A stretch of DNA of 64,000 nt, from NCBI GenBank assembly GCA_049967795.1, contig JBMFSA010000002.1:7783-71782 (forward strand), given 5' to 3'. The DNA comes from Candidatus Micrarchaeia archaeon (GTDB lineage: Archaea > Micrarchaeota > Micrarchaeia > Micrarchaeales > Micrarchaeaceae). The stretch's first letter is position 1. Each line of letters opens with the position of its first letter. Positions 60,970 to 64,000 of this stretch are shown piece after piece. Under the pieces are notes generated by a model. It made no database searches. It was not told the origin of the DNA and worked only from the letters and a program-made list of their open reading frames with translations. Made by a program: the position numbers and the translations under genes.

Positions 60970-61776
60970 ATGGAAGTTGAAATAAATTTTAATAAGTCAG
61001 CTCAAGAAAATGCTAATGAATATTATAATAAATCAAAAAAGATGTTTACTAAAATAGAAGGAGCAAAAAAAGCAATCAAAGAACTTAAAGATCAACTAGA
61101 TAAACTAGAGAAAATTAAAAATAAAGAAATGGAAAAAGCCAAAAATACTAAATTGATTGTAAAGAAGGAATGGTATGAGAACTTCCATTGGTTTTTTACG
61201 AGTTATGGTAATCTTGTTATAGGTGGAAGAGATGCGGGACAAAATGAATTGATTAATTCTAAATATTTTGAAGATAATGATCTCTTTTTTCATGCAAATA
61301 TTTTTGGAGCATCATTAGTGGTATTGAAAAATGGTGTTTTTTCAAATAAAGAAGAGAAAGAAGAAGTTGCTCAATTCTCAGGTTCATATTCAAGTGCATG
61401 GAAGGAGGGGTTAACATCGATTGATGTTTATTCTGTAAAACGCAATCAGGTTAGTAAATCAACAAATAAAGGTTCATTAGGAAGAGGTAGCTTCTTAATA
61501 ACAGGAGAACGTGAATGGTACAACGTCAGCTTGTCATTAGTTGCTACTATTATAGAAAACAAAGATGTTAAAAAATTTAATATAATGCCTAAATTATGCT
61601 ATGATAGATTGAATAAAGATAATAGTAGCAATAATAAATATGCAGTAATAGAGATTGGTGATGAAGAGAAGTCAACAGCGGCAAAGAAACTGGCAAAATT
61701 TTTCAATATAGAAGTTGATGAAGCAATGAAGCAGTTGCCTAATGGTGGGTTTAAGATTATTCTAAATTTGAAATAA
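60970..61776 (+). CDS. NFACT-R (DUF814) domain protein; RqcH/NEMF-like C-terminal half lacking NFACT-N
   Basis: 268 aa. Coiled-coil N-terminus, then WFFTSYGNLVIGGRDAGQNELINSKYFEDNDLFFHANIFGASLVVLK (NFACT-R signature) and a C-terminal region. Confidence 0.7.
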   Translation: MEVEINFNKSAQENANEYYNKSKKMFTKIEGAKKAIKELKDQLDKLEKIKNKEMEKAKNTKLIVKKEWYENFHWFFTSYGNLVIGGRDAGQNELINSKYFEDNDLFFHANIFGASLVVLKNGVFSNKEEKEEVAQFSGSYSSAWKEGLTSIDVYSVKRNQVSKSTNKGSLGRGSFLITGEREWYNVSLSLVATIIENKDVKKFNIMPKLCYDRLNKDNSSNNKYAVIEIGDEEKSTAAKKLAKFFNIEVDEAMKQLPNGGFKIILNLK

Positions 61777-61793
61777 TTTATTTTATAATATAG

Positions 61794-61878
61794 TGCAGGG
61801 AGAGAGATTTGAACTCTCGAAGTCCTAAGACACTAGGCCCTGAACCTAGCGCGTTTGACCAAGCTCCGCCATCCCTGC
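61794..61878 (-). tRNA. tRNA-Leu(CAG), class II with long variable arm
   Basis: Reverse complement folds as GCAGGGA-TG-GCG-GAGCTTGGTCAAA-CGC-G-CTAGG-TTCAGGG-CCTAG-[14-nt variable arm]-GAGAG-TTCAAAT-CTCTC-TCCCTGC-A. Confidence 0.88.
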
Positions 61879-62126
61879 TTTATCAATTTATAGTCTGTAT
61901 AAATATTATAATATCTATAATTTAAATATTATTTATAAAGTTTAAATAAGTCTGTTTATTATATCTTTTGCAATTATTTCTAATATTCTTAATTTATTTT
62001 AATTTTAATATGTTTCTTTATATTTATAATAAATTAATTTAAATTATATTAGTTAAATTATATTTAATATTTATTGATATTTTATTTAATAGTATTTAAT
62101 AAAGGTAAAATAACAAATTGGTATAA

Positions 62127-63443
62127 ATGTCAGATAAGAAAAAGATTAGTGTTGCAGTTGCAAGTGCAGTTGGATTAGGTGCAATAATAGGTGCAGGTAT
62201 ATTTGTATTGAGTGGTACAACAATTGCCCTAGCTGGTGCTAATGCTATATTAGCATTTTTACTTGTTGGATTAGTAGTTATAATATTGGCGATGGAATAT
62301 GGAGAGCTTGGGTCAATCATGCCTAATGCGAGCGGTGCATCATATTCATATGTTTATCAAGCATTTGGAAGCGAAATGGGCTTTATAACAGGTATATTAT
62401 TTTATCTGAGTTTTGCTGTAAGCATATCAGTTATAGCTTTAGGATTTGGTGCTTATTTTGTCAGTTTATTTAATATTTCAATTAATCCTATTATAATAGC
62501 AATAATTATTATCGCGATATTAACATTAGTAAATTTGAAAGGTATAAAAAAAGCCGCAAAAGCAGATAGTATTTTAGTAATAATAAAGATCTCTGCTTTA
62601 ATCCTTTTCATTTTGTTTGCGATTTTTGTTGCTTTTAAATCTACTGGCATTAATATATCTAATTTTTCTATAAGTAAATCACAGGGAAGTATTCAATCAT
62701 TGATAGCAGCTACTATAACAATTATATTTGCGTATTCTGGCTTTCAGAGCATCTCTAGTATAACATCTAAGATAACAGGTGGTCCAAAAGGAGCATCAAA
62801 ATCTATACTAATAGCGGTTATATCGAGTATGATAATTTATATATCTATAGTAATAGCACTTTTACTCCTAGCTCCTGCTTCAAAGTACACTATCAGCGGT
62901 GATCCTTTATCTACTGCACTTTTGTACAGTCATTCTCCTACATGGATTGTTGATATAGTGGATTTTGGTGCACTGGTTGCGACTACTTCTGCAATTTTGG
63001 CGCTGATATTAACTTCTTCAAGAATACTATATCAAATAAGTAAAGATCGATTATTACCGAGATTTTTCAGAAAATACAATAAAAATGACGATGTGGCAAT
63101 AAATGGTGTGTTAATAACTGCCTTTATTGCAGTAATTTCATTATTTGCAGGAAATATTTTCATAATAACTGCAATCAGTGATTTTGGCCTAATATTTTCA
63201 TATTTAATGACAAGCTTGTCATTGATTCATTTTAGAAGGAGGAATATAATAGGCTCTGTTAAAACTCCTTTATATCCCTATTTATCAATCATCGTTATAT
63301 TTGCGCTAATACTCTTTATGTATGGAATGCCAAGTGAATCTTTATTAATTGGTGTAGTAATAATCATAAGTTTGCTTATAATATACTACTCTCTCAGAGA
63401 AGTTGAAAATAAAAAAGTTATTAGGATACATTTATTCAAATAA
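62127..63443 (+). CDS. APC superfamily amino acid permease
   Basis: 438 aa, 12 TM. N-terminal GLGAIIGAGIFVLSG signature of APC transporters. Confidence 0.8.
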   Translation: MSDKKKISVAVASAVGLGAIIGAGIFVLSGTTIALAGANAILAFLLVGLVVIILAMEYGELGSIMPNASGASYSYVYQAFGSEMGFITGILFYLSFAVSISVIALGFGAYFVSLFNISINPIIIAIIIIAILTLVNLKGIKKAAKADSILVIIKISALILFILFAIFVAFKSTGINISNFSISKSQGSIQSLIAATITIIFAYSGFQSISSITSKITGGPKGASKSILIAVISSMIIYISIVIALLLLAPASKYTISGDPLSTALLYSHSPTWIVDIVDFGALVATTSAILALILTSSRILYQISKDRLLPRFFRKYNKNDDVAINGVLITAFIAVISLFAGNIFIITAISDFGLIFSYLMTSLSLIHFRRRNIIGSVKTPLYPYLSIIVIFALILFMYGMPSESLLIGVVIIISLLIIYYSLREVENKKVIRIHLFK

Positions 63444-63548
63444 CAAATACAAATAAAAGGTATGAAGTAAGATAATAAGTATTTATAAAAATAATTTTAT
63501 AATAATACAAGTTAAATAAATTAAAATATAAACAATAATTGTGATTAT

Positions 63549-64000
63549 ATGCTTGTTGGAATTGTTGGTGCACCAAACAAAGGAAAAAGTACCTTATTTT
63601 CAGCACTTACAATGCACGAAGTTGAAATTGCTGATTATCCTTTTACCACTATAAATCCAAACTTAGGTGTTGCATATGTTTCCAAGGAATGTGTTGATAA
63701 AGAATTAAATATAAGTTGCAATGCACGTAATTCTCTATGTATCAATCATGTAAGATTTTTTCCAGTTAATATAATAGATGTTGCAGGTCTAGTCGAAGAT
63801 GCACATTTGGGTAAAGGTATGGGTAATCAATTTCTCAATGATCTTGCTAGTGCAGATGCGTTAATAGTTGTAGTTGATGCAAGTGGCAAGACAGATGCAC
63901 ACGGAAACAAGGTCGATTACGCAGATCCTATCAATGATGTTAATATGGTTACAAATGAAATTATTGAGTGGATTAGTGGCATAATAAAAAAACATATAAA
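63549..64000 (+). CDS. ychF: YchF/OLA1-type Obg-family GTPase/ATPase; C-terminal part beyond the window end
   Basis: MLVGIVGAPNKGKSTLFSALT (P-loop), YPFTTI (G2), DVAGLV (G3). SD GTGAT. The ORF is open to position 64000. Confidence 0.8.
   Translation, partial: MLVGIVGAPNKGKSTLFSALTMHEVEIADYPFTTINPNLGVAYVSKECVDKELNISCNARNSLCINHVRFFPVNIIDVAGLVEDAHLGKGMGNQFLNDLASADALIVVVDASGKTDAHGNKVDYADPINDVNMVTNEIIEWISGIIKKHI

Overview
Strongly AT-rich archaeal chromosomal segment, densely packed on both strands with informational and housekeeping genes. I support about 60 protein genes and 4 tRNAs, two of which carry canonical 37/38 introns. I see no rRNA, CRISPR array, integrase/transposase or recognisable defence island.

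Recognisable content:
- Chromatin and DNA transactions: archaeal histone, Alba, Hel308, a helicase-only Hef followed by Hjc, ScpA/ScpB, an endonuclease III-like glycosylase, DnaG.
- Transcription: TFB, Spt5/NusG, aCPSF1/FttA.
- Translation: ThrRS, CysRS, TrpRS, AspRS, EF-1alpha, aIF2-gamma, uS10, uL11, eS6, eL40, Trm5, ThiI, an NMD3-like protein, Rio1, YchF.
- Proteostasis: a wHTH gene followed by grpE-dnaK-dnaJ, proteasome beta, Cdc48, an M1 aminopeptidase.
- Secretion and envelope: SecE, SecF-SecD, a Wzx-like flippase, a GT4 glycosyltransferase, a class III signal peptide pilin-like protein.
- Other: heme O synthase, PduO-type adenosyltransferase.

Translation starts are preceded by GGTGAT-like Shine-Dalgarno motifs. 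That lets several ORF-track starts be corrected and supports TTG/GTG starts for hef, hjc, rps6e and eif2g.

Most interesting observations:
1. A protein with four CBS domains whose C-terminal ~100 residues look like a bacterial RaiA/HPF ribosome-hibernation domain. It is translationally coupled to a pilin-like gene.
2. An unannotated 43-codon hyper-acidic sORF with a good SD, sitting as a GC island upstream of cdc48.
3. A winged-helix gene in the hrcA position of the dnaK locus.
4. Several perfect short tandem duplications in spacers, two of which span stop codons.

All functional calls come from reading the translations by eye. No database search was run.
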